Shown here piece by piece: positions 8,698 to 17,165 of a stretch of DNA of 64,000 nt. Both the position numbers and the translations under genes were made by a program. Numbering within the stretch: the first letter of the stretch is position 1; each line of letters starts with the position of its first letter. Source of the stretch: a virus; IMG/VR virus record IMGVR_UViG_3300025889_000002, positions 16,573 to 80,572 of that record. The stretch is one strand, 5' to 3'. The notes beneath the pieces were generated by a model. It was not told the DNA's origin, ran no database searches, and worked only from the letters and a program-made list of their open reading frames with translations.

Positions 8698-11453
8698 TGG
8701 CTGAAAATCGTTTCCAGAAATATGTCCAGCCACAGCAGGGCGTAGTGTTCACCGATCCGAACGCGGCGGCGGAGCAGCAGCGCGAAGAAGATCGCCTTGC
8801 GATGGATCGCGAGCGCATTAGGTTAGCTCGCGAAGCTGCCGACAGAGCAGCGGCTAACGACGCCATCACGCGCGAAGAAAAGGCTGCTGAAAAAGCGCAA
8901 GCTGACAAGGAGGCTGCGGCACTAGAGGCCGCGCAGCGTAGCCAAGTGCGCGAAACTGCCGCTACTATGAGCACGGTTATCGAGAAAGCAAAGGAGGCGA
9001 AGCGTAGATCGAACGATTGGTTCGCTACTGGCTTTGGCGCGGAAACTGCTCTTGATTGGGGCGGCTCGGCAGCGGCAGACGTTCGAGAACTGCTTGCGCC
9101 GATTAAGGCTAATCAGGCTTTCACCACGCTTCAGAAAATGCGCGAGGCTTCGCCAACTGGTGGCGCGCTTGGTGCGGTATCCGAACGCGAACTTGCCCTG
9201 CTTCAAAGCACGATCACCGGCCTTGAGCAGTCGCAGTCTGATGCGCAATTCCAGTATGCAATGGACGAGATTGTCCAGCGTTACACGCGCGCCCTTGCCG
9301 CGCTGGAAGATGGCGACCGCTATTACCGTGAAAACGGCTCGATGGAAGGCTATGTCGGCCCTTCAGATGAATATCTGAACAGCTACAATCCTGACAATCC
9401 AGAGCCTAGAGGAGCCGCGGGTTCCGGCGCTACGCAAACCAGCCTTGAACTGCCGCAGGAATACCAGGATCGTCACGCGGCCTATCTGCGCCAGAATTGG
9501 GGCAATATCACGCCTGATGGTTATGCGCAGTTCCGTGCTGGGCTTGATAACGAGTTCCCAGAGTACGGCTCGCCTAACCTTGAGGCATACCGCGATATTG
9601 TTCCCTCCTTCAACCAGATGGCGGCAGAGGGGCAACCTCCTGAAGCCGCAGGGCAGGTTCCTGCTGCAACGCGCGAACTGTCTGGATTCGATCAGTTCCG
9701 TAATAATATTATCTCAGACCCTTTAGGTACAGGGGTAACGTCCGCGATCAATAGTGCCACAGGCGGCCTTCCTGATTTGCTCGCGGGTCGCAGGTTGCAG
9801 GCGGCGGAAGAGCTTAACCCTAAAGCAGCCTTTGTGGGCGACCTTGTTGGCAGTACGGCAGGATCTGCACTTTTTGGTAGCGGCCTGACTGTTGCGGGGG
9901 CGGGCAAGTTCGCTCCGTTTCTCGGTGATGCGCTTTACGGGACAATGTACGGCGCAACCAGCGATGAAGACCCTGTAACTGGCGCATTGCTTGGCTTAGG
10001 TTCGTCTATAGTGGGCGACCAGGCTGGTAAATACGCGGGCCGTGCAATCAACTCGATCCGTCTGCCTGATATGAACCTTTCCGAAGGGCAGCGGGTCATT
10101 ACCCAGACGGTGCGCGAAGCGGGTAATCAGGATGAAATCGCACGCGCGCTAATGAGCGCCGATGAACTTGGCGTGCCGATGACGCTGGCCGACGCATCTC
10201 CTGAATTACAGTCTCTTGCCGGTTCGGCAGTTCGCTTCTCTCCGACCACGGCGGGCGTAGCGCGGCAGACCATGGCGCGCAGGAACGAAGGCCAGTTTGA
10301 CCGGCTTGCCGAGGCAGTGGCGCGTGATCTTGGCCCGGTTGAGAATATCCCTCAGCGCAGCGCCGATCTATTGCAGCAGGCACGCACTAATGCAGGGCCG
10401 TTGTATGAGCAGGCTTATGCGGCTCCAGGTGCGGATATGGTGGACCTTACCGACCTTGCCGACCGTCCGACATTCGAAAAGGCATTGCGCGAAGCCTATA
10501 ACGAGGTGCTTGACGAAGGTCTTGACCCGTCTGCCGCTGGCATTGTCCAGACTGAAGGTGGCATGGTCATGGCCTCGCCGTCATGGCAGTCCTTGGACTA
10601 TGCGAAGCGCGGTCTGGACAACATTATTGAACGCGGTATTCGGCAAGGCGATATGCCGGAAGTACGCCGTGCACAGGCTATGAAATCAACCCTATTGCAG
10701 CGCATGGATGAAGCCAATCCCGCCTATGCGGAGGCTCGTCGCGCTTATGCAGGGCCAGCGCAGGAGCGTTCGTTTATGGAGCGTGGACGCAACGTGTTCA
10801 AAGAAGATTCCGAACAGTTGGGCGTGGATATAGCCAATCTGACGCCGGAACAAATCGGCCAAACGAGGCTCGGCGTTCAAAGCGGCACGATGCGCGAGGC
10901 GCGCAAGGTGCGGAACAACGGCAACCCGTGGGGTAGAATGGACAACCCTGAACGGGAAGCCATCTATAAAAATGTCTATGCCAGCGCCGAAGATGCCGAC
11001 ATCGCGCGGCTGCTGTCTCAGCGGGACCTGGAACTTCAGCTTGCAGGAAGCGCCAATCGTCTCATTGGCAACAGCGCCACGGCGGAACGCGAGATTCAAG
11101 ACGAGTTCTTCAAGCATCGCACCGGCATGGGCGGCGATGTCGCAATGGGTATTGTTGAAACCGGCGCGCTCGGTGGGCCGTGGCTGACCGTAGGCAAAGG
11201 TATTGCAGATCGCGTGTTCAAGGATCGTCGCGAAAAAGCTGCAGCAACCGCAAACCGCGCACTAGCCGACGATCTTGGCCCGCTGTTGCTCAATCAGTCG
11301 CCTACAAGCTCGGTTGATGCCTTGTCGCAGATGATGGCTGAGGATGAAGCCTATCGCGCTATTGCGGAAAGCCTGACGCAGCAGGGTGACATGTGGGGCC
11401 GCCGTATCGGAACAGGGGCAGCTACGGCGCTAACCGATTACCTGGCTTACTAA
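8697..11453 (+). CDS. Large ejection / internal virion protein 3
   Basis: 918 aa, SPTGGALGAVSEREL motif, hydrophobic Gly-rich middle; homolog at 47891. Confidence 0.65.
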   Translation: MAENRFQKYVQPQQGVVFTDPNAAAEQQREEDRLAMDRERIRLAREAADRAAANDAITREEKAAEKAQADKEAAALEAAQRSQVRETAATMSTVIEKAKEAKRRSNDWFATGFGAETALDWGGSAAADVRELLAPIKANQAFTTLQKMREASPTGGALGAVSERELALLQSTITGLEQSQSDAQFQYAMDEIVQRYTRALAALEDGDRYYRENGSMEGYVGPSDEYLNSYNPDNPEPRGAAGSGATQTSLELPQEYQDRHAAYLRQNWGNITPDGYAQFRAGLDNEFPEYGSPNLEAYRDIVPSFNQMAAEGQPPEAAGQVPAATRELSGFDQFRNNIISDPLGTGVTSAINSATGGLPDLLAGRRLQAAEELNPKAAFVGDLVGSTAGSALFGSGLTVAGAGKFAPFLGDALYGTMYGATSDEDPVTGALLGLGSSIVGDQAGKYAGRAINSIRLPDMNLSEGQRVITQTVREAGNQDEIARALMSADELGVPMTLADASPELQSLAGSAVRFSPTTAGVARQTMARRNEGQFDRLAEAVARDLGPVENIPQRSADLLQQARTNAGPLYEQAYAAPGADMVDLTDLADRPTFEKALREAYNEVLDEGLDPSAAGIVQTEGGMVMASPSWQSLDYAKRGLDNIIERGIRQGDMPEVRRAQAMKSTLLQRMDEANPAYAEARRAYAGPAQERSFMERGRNVFKEDSEQLGVDIANLTPEQIGQTRLGVQSGTMREARKVRNNGNPWGRMDNPEREAIYKNVYASAEDADIARLLSQRDLELQLAGSANRLIGNSATAEREIQDEFFKHRTGMGGDVAMGIVETGALGGPWLTVGKGIADRVFKDRREKAAATANRALADDLGPLLLNQSPTSSVDALSQMMAEDEAYRAIAESLTQQGDMWGRRIGTGAATALTDYLAY

Positions 11454-11693
11454 GAGGCAGACCGAGAGAACCCCGCCGATTGCATATAGCGGCCAGCGGG
11501 GTTTCGGTTCTTCATAACCTGCTTTGAATCCGGCCAGATAGGCTTGGCGCACCATGCGGTCTTTGATGCCCTGCAATGACGCTTCGTTAAGCCTGCGACG
11601 TGAACGGCGCGCAAGAAAGCCTTCTGCCTCGCTTTCCTTGAAACGGGCGCGGTGTATTTCCCGCTCAATAGCCTCGATATTCGCGTCTGCCAT
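11430..11693 (-). CDS. Small C-terminally anchored membrane protein (superinfection-exclusion candidate)
   Basis: Antisense to the late operon, homolog at 50689-50955, own promoter TTGTTA-17-TATCAA. Confidence 0.65.
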   Translation of the reverse strand: MADANIEAIEREIHRARFKESEAEGFLARRSRRRLNEASLQGIKDRMVRQAYLAGFKAGYEEPKPRWPLYAIGGVLSVCLLVSQVIG

Positions 11694-11736
11694 GCCGGTC
11701 TTGATAGCATTCGCCCTATCGTGTAACAAGGGACAA

Positions 11737-11782
11737 CGCGGTTGAATCCACCTCACGCGATTGCCTTGAAACGCAAGCGGAG
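11737..11782 (+). promoter_or_regulatory. Two-hairpin RNA motif upstream of tail-collar gene
   Basis: CGCG-gt-TGA-N7-TCA-CGCG plus TTGC/GCAA hairpin next to GGAG; equivalent at 51006-51052. Confidence 0.45.
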
Positions 11783-11790
11783 TTCAACCT

Positions 11791-12576
11791 GTGCCACGAA
11801 ATTCATCTGGCGATTATTCTCTACCGGCTGGCACCACTGTCAACACAGGGGATACGCTGCTGGTTAGCCAGCACAATCCACCATTCCAGGATGTCGCACA
11901 GGCGCTTTCATCGTCTCTCGACCGTGACGGTAAGGGCGGAATGCGCGCCAACCTGCAGATGAATGGTAACAAGATCACGGGCGCGGCACCGGGAACTGAT
12001 CCTACAGACGTTGCTACCGTGTCTCAATTGCCCGTTGGTGCGACATCGGGTGTCCCTATCGGGGCGGTAATCGACTATTGGGGGGCAACACCTCCTGCAG
12101 ATTACCTCTTTGCTGCAGGTCAGGCTGTTTCGCGTACGACTTACGCGGCGCTGTTCGCGGTTATCGGCACAAGCGCGGGCGCTGGCGATGGATCCACTAC
12201 GTTCAATCTTCCCGATTATCGCGGCAGGGTCGGGGCTGGACGTGAGAATATGGCAACACCTGCAACAACTCGCCTCAATACGCTGTCGAGTTCAACGCTT
12301 GGTGCTTCTGGCGGTGCGCAGACGCACACCCTGACCGAAGCGCAGATGCCGGTTCATAACCACAGCGTTACCGATCCAGGCCACTCTCACACTTATACGC
12401 GGCCTGTGTTCGCCTTGGGCAATCCCACGACGACAGATTCCGCGCTGGCTTCCACCTCATCGGCTACGACCAACCTTGCCACGACCGGCATAACAATCGG
12501 CAACAAAGGTGGAGGTGAGGCGCATAACATCGTCCAGCCCACCATCATCTGTCAAAAAATAATCAGGATAAGCTAA
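11791..12576 (+). CDS. Tail fibre protein with tail-collar domain
   Basis: PIGAVIDYWG...GQAVSRTTYAALFAVIGT...TTFNLPDYRGR. Confidence 0.85.
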   Translation: MPRNSSGDYSLPAGTTVNTGDTLLVSQHNPPFQDVAQALSSSLDRDGKGGMRANLQMNGNKITGAAPGTDPTDVATVSQLPVGATSGVPIGAVIDYWGATPPADYLFAAGQAVSRTTYAALFAVIGTSAGAGDGSTTFNLPDYRGRVGAGRENMATPATTRLNTLSSSTLGASGGAQTHTLTEAQMPVHNHSVTDPGHSHTYTRPVFALGNPTTTDSALASTSSATTNLATTGITIGNKGGGEAHNIVQPTIICQKIIRIS

Positions 12577-14369
12577 TGGCTGTCATTCCTCCCAGAGACT
12601 TGAACGCGGCAGCTTCGGTTTCCGATACTGATGTTCTAATCGTCGACAAAGGGTCTTCGGTTGAAAAGGCCCTGCCGTCACAGATCGTGGATGCGGCTAT
12701 TCCCTTGGCCTCACAGGTCGAAGCTGAGGCTGGAACTGACAACGCCAAACGCGTCACGCCGCTACGGGTCAAGCAGGCGATCGATGCCATTGGTGTTTCT
12801 GCGGATTCTCTGGCTGCTGGATTGGCAACCCGCGTTTCGACCTCTGCACTGGCCGATCCTGAAGGTGCTGCGCTAGCGGGCTTTAAACAGCTCGGTGTCG
12901 GTGCGGCGAACAGAAACGTACTGGAGAAACTGCGAGACACCATAAGCGCCAAGGATTTCGGCGCAGCGGGTGACGGCGTGACGAATGATACACCTGCGCT
13001 TCAGGCTGCGATTGACAGCTTCGGCGCTGGTGGCGGTACGGTTATCGTTCCGTACGGGATGCGCTGCCTGGTCGACGCCAGCCTGACCGTGAAGTCCAAC
13101 GTCTCACTGGTTGGACCGCACGAATATATCGGGTCGCCCAACAATAATACGGACGCGCCCTACGGCAGTGTCGGCGGGGCTCTGATCGTCAATTCCAGCG
13201 CGACAATCACCCTGAAGGGCGGCGCGTCTTTGAAGGGCCTGCTAATCTACCGCAAGGGCATGACGTTCCCTGCGGCGAACTCGTCTGCCTTCGCTGGCAC
13301 GGCGGTAACGATTGGCGGCGATGATGCCGCCGCTTCCTGCTCCATGATCCTTGGGTTCGAAAAGGCCGTCCTTAGCGATGGATACCAGCGCCCCCGCTTC
13401 TACAATTTGTGGCTGGATAACGTCAACGGCATTTCGATAACCGATGCCTATGACATCCCGCGCATCGAAAATGTGCATTGCTGGCCTTTCGCCACGATTG
13501 AGCAATATGCCATTGACCTCTTGCCCTCGCAACTACAGCGCAGCGGCACGGCGTTCCTGCTTGAAGGGGTGTCGGATTGGGTCAAGCTGAATAACTGCTT
13601 CGCCTATGGCTATTCGCGCGGGTTCGATCTTAACAACGTCAACACGCCCACGCTGGTTAGCTGCACCGTGGACGGCACGGCCCCACCTAATGTGCTGGCA
13701 GGTTCGCGCGGTTTCTCGATTCGTGGCACGTCCTATGACGCAAAGCTTATCGGGTGCCAGGCTGCGAGTCAGGAAATCGGGTTCTATCTCGACACGGACG
13801 CGAATATCCAGAACCAGCTCATCGATTGCATCGCTTGGAACGGCACCAGCCACGGCTTCTTTATCGGGTCGGGCGATTGGGTGTTTATGGGTGGCGCTAC
13901 GCGACAAGTCTCGAACGGTATTCTTTACAACAATGCCGCATCGCGGGTGACGTTGCGCGGGTTTCAGTTCGGGGCCTCGCTTACCAACCCGATTAACCTC
14001 AACGTCACGCCGACTACCGGCTTCGTGGACTTCGACGGGGTGCAGGCCCCATCGGTTGCGGCGGGCGGTACGTTGGTTGCGGGCACCTCTGCCACAATCT
14101 CGGTGGCATCCGCGCAGCCATTGCTTGTCCCCGCGACGGGGCGGGCTTTCAACATTACCGGAAGCACCAACTTTAGCAACCTGCAAAGCGGGTGGGCGGG
14201 GCGTGAAGTTACGCTGATTTTTACTGGCGCGCTGACCGTTGTGAGCGGTACGGGCGCACCCGACGCCATTCGCCTGAAGGGAAATTCCAACTTTACCACC
14301 ACGGCGGGCTCTACTTTGACCTTGTGGCATAACGGTACGCAATGGTATGAAAAATCAAGCGCGGCATGA
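12576..14369 (+). CDS. Tailspike / beta-helix (pectate lyase 3-like) receptor-binding protein
   Basis: KLRDTISAKDFGAAGDGVTNDTPALQAAID followed by beta-helix-like repeats. Confidence 0.8.
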   Translation: MAVIPPRDLNAAASVSDTDVLIVDKGSSVEKALPSQIVDAAIPLASQVEAEAGTDNAKRVTPLRVKQAIDAIGVSADSLAAGLATRVSTSALADPEGAALAGFKQLGVGAANRNVLEKLRDTISAKDFGAAGDGVTNDTPALQAAIDSFGAGGGTVIVPYGMRCLVDASLTVKSNVSLVGPHEYIGSPNNNTDAPYGSVGGALIVNSSATITLKGGASLKGLLIYRKGMTFPAANSSAFAGTAVTIGGDDAAASCSMILGFEKAVLSDGYQRPRFYNLWLDNVNGISITDAYDIPRIENVHCWPFATIEQYAIDLLPSQLQRSGTAFLLEGVSDWVKLNNCFAYGYSRGFDLNNVNTPTLVSCTVDGTAPPNVLAGSRGFSIRGTSYDAKLIGCQAASQEIGFYLDTDANIQNQLIDCIAWNGTSHGFFIGSGDWVFMGGATRQVSNGILYNNAASRVTLRGFQFGASLTNPINLNVTPTTGFVDFDGVQAPSVAAGGTLVAGTSATISVASAQPLLVPATGRAFNITGSTNFSNLQSGWAGREVTLIFTGALTVVSGTGAPDAIRLKGNSNFTTTAGSTLTLWHNGTQWYEKSSAA

Positions 14370-14397
14370 TCGCCGGCTCGTATCGAAGGAAAATGAC

Positions 14398-14502
14398 ATG
14401 AAACACTACGCCGTATCGTCCATGTTCTACGCAACCCGCAAACCCAAGCCCCTGCCGCCTGTGCTTCAGCCGAAGCCGTTTGTCGACGACGCGCGGGGAT
14501 GA
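14398..14502 (+). CDS. 34-aa Pro/Lys-rich peptide
   Basis: AAGGA RBS; stop overlaps the next ATG (ATGA). Confidence 0.45.
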   Translation: MKHYAVSSMFYATRKPKPLPPVLQPKPFVDDARG

Positions 14503-14591
14503 AAACTATTCTCGCCGTGATCGGTCTGCTATGGATCGTGAGTAGCCTGGAGCGTCACCGGCGCTTCTGGGCGACGGCGAGGCTCTGGTGA
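14499..14591 (+). CDS. 30-aa hydrophobic peptide MKTILAVIGLLWIVSSLERHRRFWATARLW
   Basis: Conserved at 54030-54122 with synonymous and conservative changes. Confidence 0.7.
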   Translation: MKTILAVIGLLWIVSSLERHRRFWATARLW

Positions 14592-14941
14592 TGCCGGATT
14601 CAGGAAACGCAGAACAAATCAGAATGGTTGCCGAGCAAGTGGCGGACACAGCCATATCTCGGTTCGCGTCGCAACATCCCGAGATAAGAAGGGGCACCGT
14701 GGTTTCTGAAATACCCGCACCACTAAAGTGGGCGGCTGCTGTGGTCGCAGCCCTATTCACCGCGGGGACTGCAACCCTCGCATTCTGGTTGTTCAATTCG
14801 GTTTCGCTGATGAGCGTCACCTTGGCGCGCATGGACGAGCGCATGGCCAATTACGCCACCGCCCAGGAGGCTCGGATCGACCAGCTTGAAGGTCGGGTCG
14901 AAGGGCTGGAATTATATCACCGACAGGGACCTGTGAGATGA
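14591..14941 (+). CDS. Single-TM lysis-region protein
   Basis: One hydrophobic helix plus coiled coil; positional analog at 54689. Confidence 0.55.
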   Translation: MPDSGNAEQIRMVAEQVADTAISRFASQHPEIRRGTVVSEIPAPLKWAAAVVAALFTAGTATLAFWLFNSVSLMSVTLARMDERMANYATAQEARIDQLEGRVEGLELYHRQGPVR

Positions 14942-15282
14942 AATGGACCGAATTTCTCCGCGGACACAACGGCGGACTGGAGATCAATCGGCTTGTTGGC
15001 TTCATCGGCGGTGTTGCCTACATCGCCAGCGCCATCACGTTCCAATGGTGGAACTGGGCAACCTTCGACGTCACGGCCTTCTGCCTAGCCTTCTCTGGCG
15101 GCTTGTCGGTCATCGTGGGTGGCACGGCTGGCGCGGTGGCCCTGAAGGATCGGCAGGTAGCTTCTGCCGCTGTCATCGCCGAAACAGGCAGCAAACCTGC
15201 CAAGCCCCCTGCACCCGCTCCGAAGCCGCAAGAGGGGCTGGATGATGGGGCAGAAGACAAGCGGCCTCCGTATGCTCGGTGA
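14938..15282 (+). CDS. Putative holin
   Basis: Two hydrophobic segments and a charged C-terminus, directly upstream of the endolysin. Confidence 0.5.
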   Translation: MKWTEFLRGHNGGLEINRLVGFIGGVAYIASAITFQWWNWATFDVTAFCLAFSGGLSVIVGGTAGAVALKDRQVASAAVIAETGSKPAKPPAPAPKPQEGLDDGAEDKRPPYAR

Positions 15283-16057
15283 ACCGCAATGGGCCTTAAT
15301 CTTTGGCGCGGCCCGCAAGCGCGGAGCAACGTGGGATGACCTCGCAGACGTAAACGCCTTCAAGCGCGAGATCGAGGTGGCCTTGGATGACGGCACCATC
15401 ATCGTCACGGGGAACAAGCCCCCCGAAGTCCTGCCATGGGCAGACATGCTTGCCAGCATCACGAACACGAACGCCCCAGCCCTCACGCAAGACGATTACG
15501 AGCGCGCCGCCGTCGAGTTGGGCAATGGTGTCACCCCCAAGCACATGCGTGCCAGCAAGACGGTTGAGGCGCCGCGTGGGGCATTCGATGACAATGGCCG
15601 GCCTTCGATCCTCTACGAGCGCCACGTATTCGCCCGCAACACCACGCCCAAGGGGCGGTTCAATTCATCCTACCCCGACCTGTCGGCCATCCGTGGCTAT
15701 GGTGCAGGCGGCTATGGGCCGTTCTCGTCGCAATACACCAAATTGCAGCGCGCCTACGCGCTAGATCCGGAATCGGCTTTTGAGGCGTGTTCATGGGGCG
15801 CGTTTCAGGTGCTTGGTGAGAATGCGGTGCAACTAGGTTATGCGTCTGCCCGCGATATGGCCTGCGAACTGGCCAAGAGCGAAGCGGCGCACCTCGATAG
15901 CTATGTGCGATTCATCAAGGTCAATGGACTGGCAGACGAACTAGGCAGATGCCGCGCTGGCGATCCTGAAAGCTGCATACCCTTTGTCGAGCGATACAAC
16001 GGCAGCGGGTTTCGCAAATTCAGTTACCATGTCAAATTCGCGGAGGCTCTGCTATGA
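15242..16057 (+). CDS. Endolysin, N-acetylmuramidase (DUF3380-type)
   Basis: GRPSILYERHVF, SWGAFQVLGEN, RYNG motifs; start uncertain (15242/15245/15272). Confidence 0.85.
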   Translation: MMGQKTSGLRMLGEPQWALIFGAARKRGATWDDLADVNAFKREIEVALDDGTIIVTGNKPPEVLPWADMLASITNTNAPALTQDDYERAAVELGNGVTPKHMRASKTVEAPRGAFDDNGRPSILYERHVFARNTTPKGRFNSSYPDLSAIRGYGAGGYGPFSSQYTKLQRAYALDPESAFEACSWGAFQVLGENAVQLGYASARDMACELAKSEAAHLDSYVRFIKVNGLADELGRCRAGDPESCIPFVERYNGSGFRKFSYHVKFAEALL

Positions 16058-16143
16058 ACGATAGGCTATGCAAAGCAATGCCCACGATAGCCCTTGCGCT
16101 GACCTGCTTGGCGCTTGGCCTGTTTATAGGAGTTACGGCATGA
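16054..16143 (+). CDS. 29-aa hydrophobic peptide
   Basis: GGAGG RBS; C-terminus LALxCLxxxxxIGVT is shared with the ORF ending at 56093. Confidence 0.5.
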   Translation: MNDRLCKAMPTIALALTCLALGLFIGVTA

Positions 16144-16397
16144 TTGCGGAAGTAGCTACCCTTTACGAAACCAACGCGCGTTCGATTCCTGACATGCTTC
16201 GCCAAGCGGCGGATAGCATCGAAGAGGAAGCCAGCGAAGATTGCTCACCGACCGTTGCCATGGTGGCTGTCCAAATATCAGAAAGCGGTCAGGTGCATGT
16301 TTATGGATGGGGCGACACTGATGACCTCCGCGCTATTGGCCTAATGGAGCGCGGAAAGCATAGCCTCTTGGCTTCTATCGAGGAACTTACGGCATGA
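16140..16397 (+). CDS. Hypothetical protein inserted in lysis module
   Basis: Flanked by 13-bp direct repeats; absent from unit B. Confidence 0.6.
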   Translation: MIAEVATLYETNARSIPDMLRQAADSIEEEASEDCSPTVAMVAVQISESGQVHVYGWGDTDDLRAIGLMERGKHSLLASIEELTA

Positions 16398-16765
16398 TTA
16401 CCACATTCTTTGCCTCGACCATCAATAAGGTATTCGCAGGTGTCGTTCTCGCGCTTCTGGTGGCCCTTGGGATAGCCATGTGGTCGAACGCCCGCAAGGA
16501 CGCCACAATTGAAACCCTGCGCAACGCAGTGGCCGTCTCGGAGGCACAGCATAGCGTAACCGCTGCATCACTGGACTCACTGACCCGCCGCATGAAGGAG
16601 CTTGTCGAACAAGGGCAGTTGCGGGAAAGCCTGCTAGCCGAAGCCATGAAGGAAGCGGAAGAAGAAACGTCCGAATTGCAGGACGAAGCCGACGCCCTAC
16701 GCAAGGAAGGTGTTACCGACCAGTGTGTGACGCCCGCTGGGGTGCTTCGAAGCCGTGGCTTGTGA
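16394..16765 (+). CDS. Inner-membrane spanin (Rz-like)
   Basis: N-terminal TM, coiled coil, C-terminal Cys. Confidence 0.65.
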   Translation: MITTFFASTINKVFAGVVLALLVALGIAMWSNARKDATIETLRNAVAVSEAQHSVTAASLDSLTRRMKELVEQGQLRESLLAEAMKEAEEETSELQDEADALRKEGVTDQCVTPAGVLRSRGL

Positions 16766-16883
16766 TGCTGCGGCGGGTCAGGATTTGAACCTGAGACTGA
16801 CCCGCCTTCGATCCACTAGGGCCATCGACGCAGCGCTCTATCCTACAGGGCTTGGCTCCCTTCTGAGCTACGCCGCCGCAGCA
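16766..16883 (-). ncRNA. tRNA-like RNA with enlarged D and anticodon arms
   Basis: Minus strand: TAGCTCAG...ATAGAGC, TCAGG-TTCAAAT-CCTGA, 11-bp closing stem, no encoded CCA. Confidence 0.65.
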
Positions 16884-16888
16884 AGGAG

Positions 16889-16917
16889 AAACTAGATGAA
16901 ACGCATCGCCATCGCAA
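16889..16917 (-). promoter_or_regulatory. sigma70-type promoter for tRNA-like RNA
   Basis: TTGCGA-17-TAGTTT; identical boxes at 56567-56595. Confidence 0.55.
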
Positions 16918-17165
16918 GCCTGTTGTTGCTTTCCGCCTGCAATCACCCGCAGCCTGGAATTGAGATACGTGAAATCCCGGTTGTCGTACCATCCCCTTGC
17001 TTGGCCAAAGACGACATCCCACCCGAACCAGCCCAAGTAGGCGACCAGCTAACCGGCAATGCCGCGTCAGACCTGCTTATCGTGGCGGCGTCTGCGCTGG
17101 AATTGCGGGCGGCGGTTATCACGATGAGAAGCGCGCTTTTGGCTTGTGCGGAGGGTGAGGGTTAG
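16896..17165 (+). CDS. Outer-membrane spanin lipoprotein (Rz1-like)
   Basis: Lipobox LSAC, Pro-rich, AAGGAG RBS. Confidence 0.8.
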   Translation: MKRIAIASLLLLSACNHPQPGIEIREIPVVVPSPCLAKDDIPPEPAQVGDQLTGNAASDLLIVAASALELRAAVITMRSALLACAEGEG

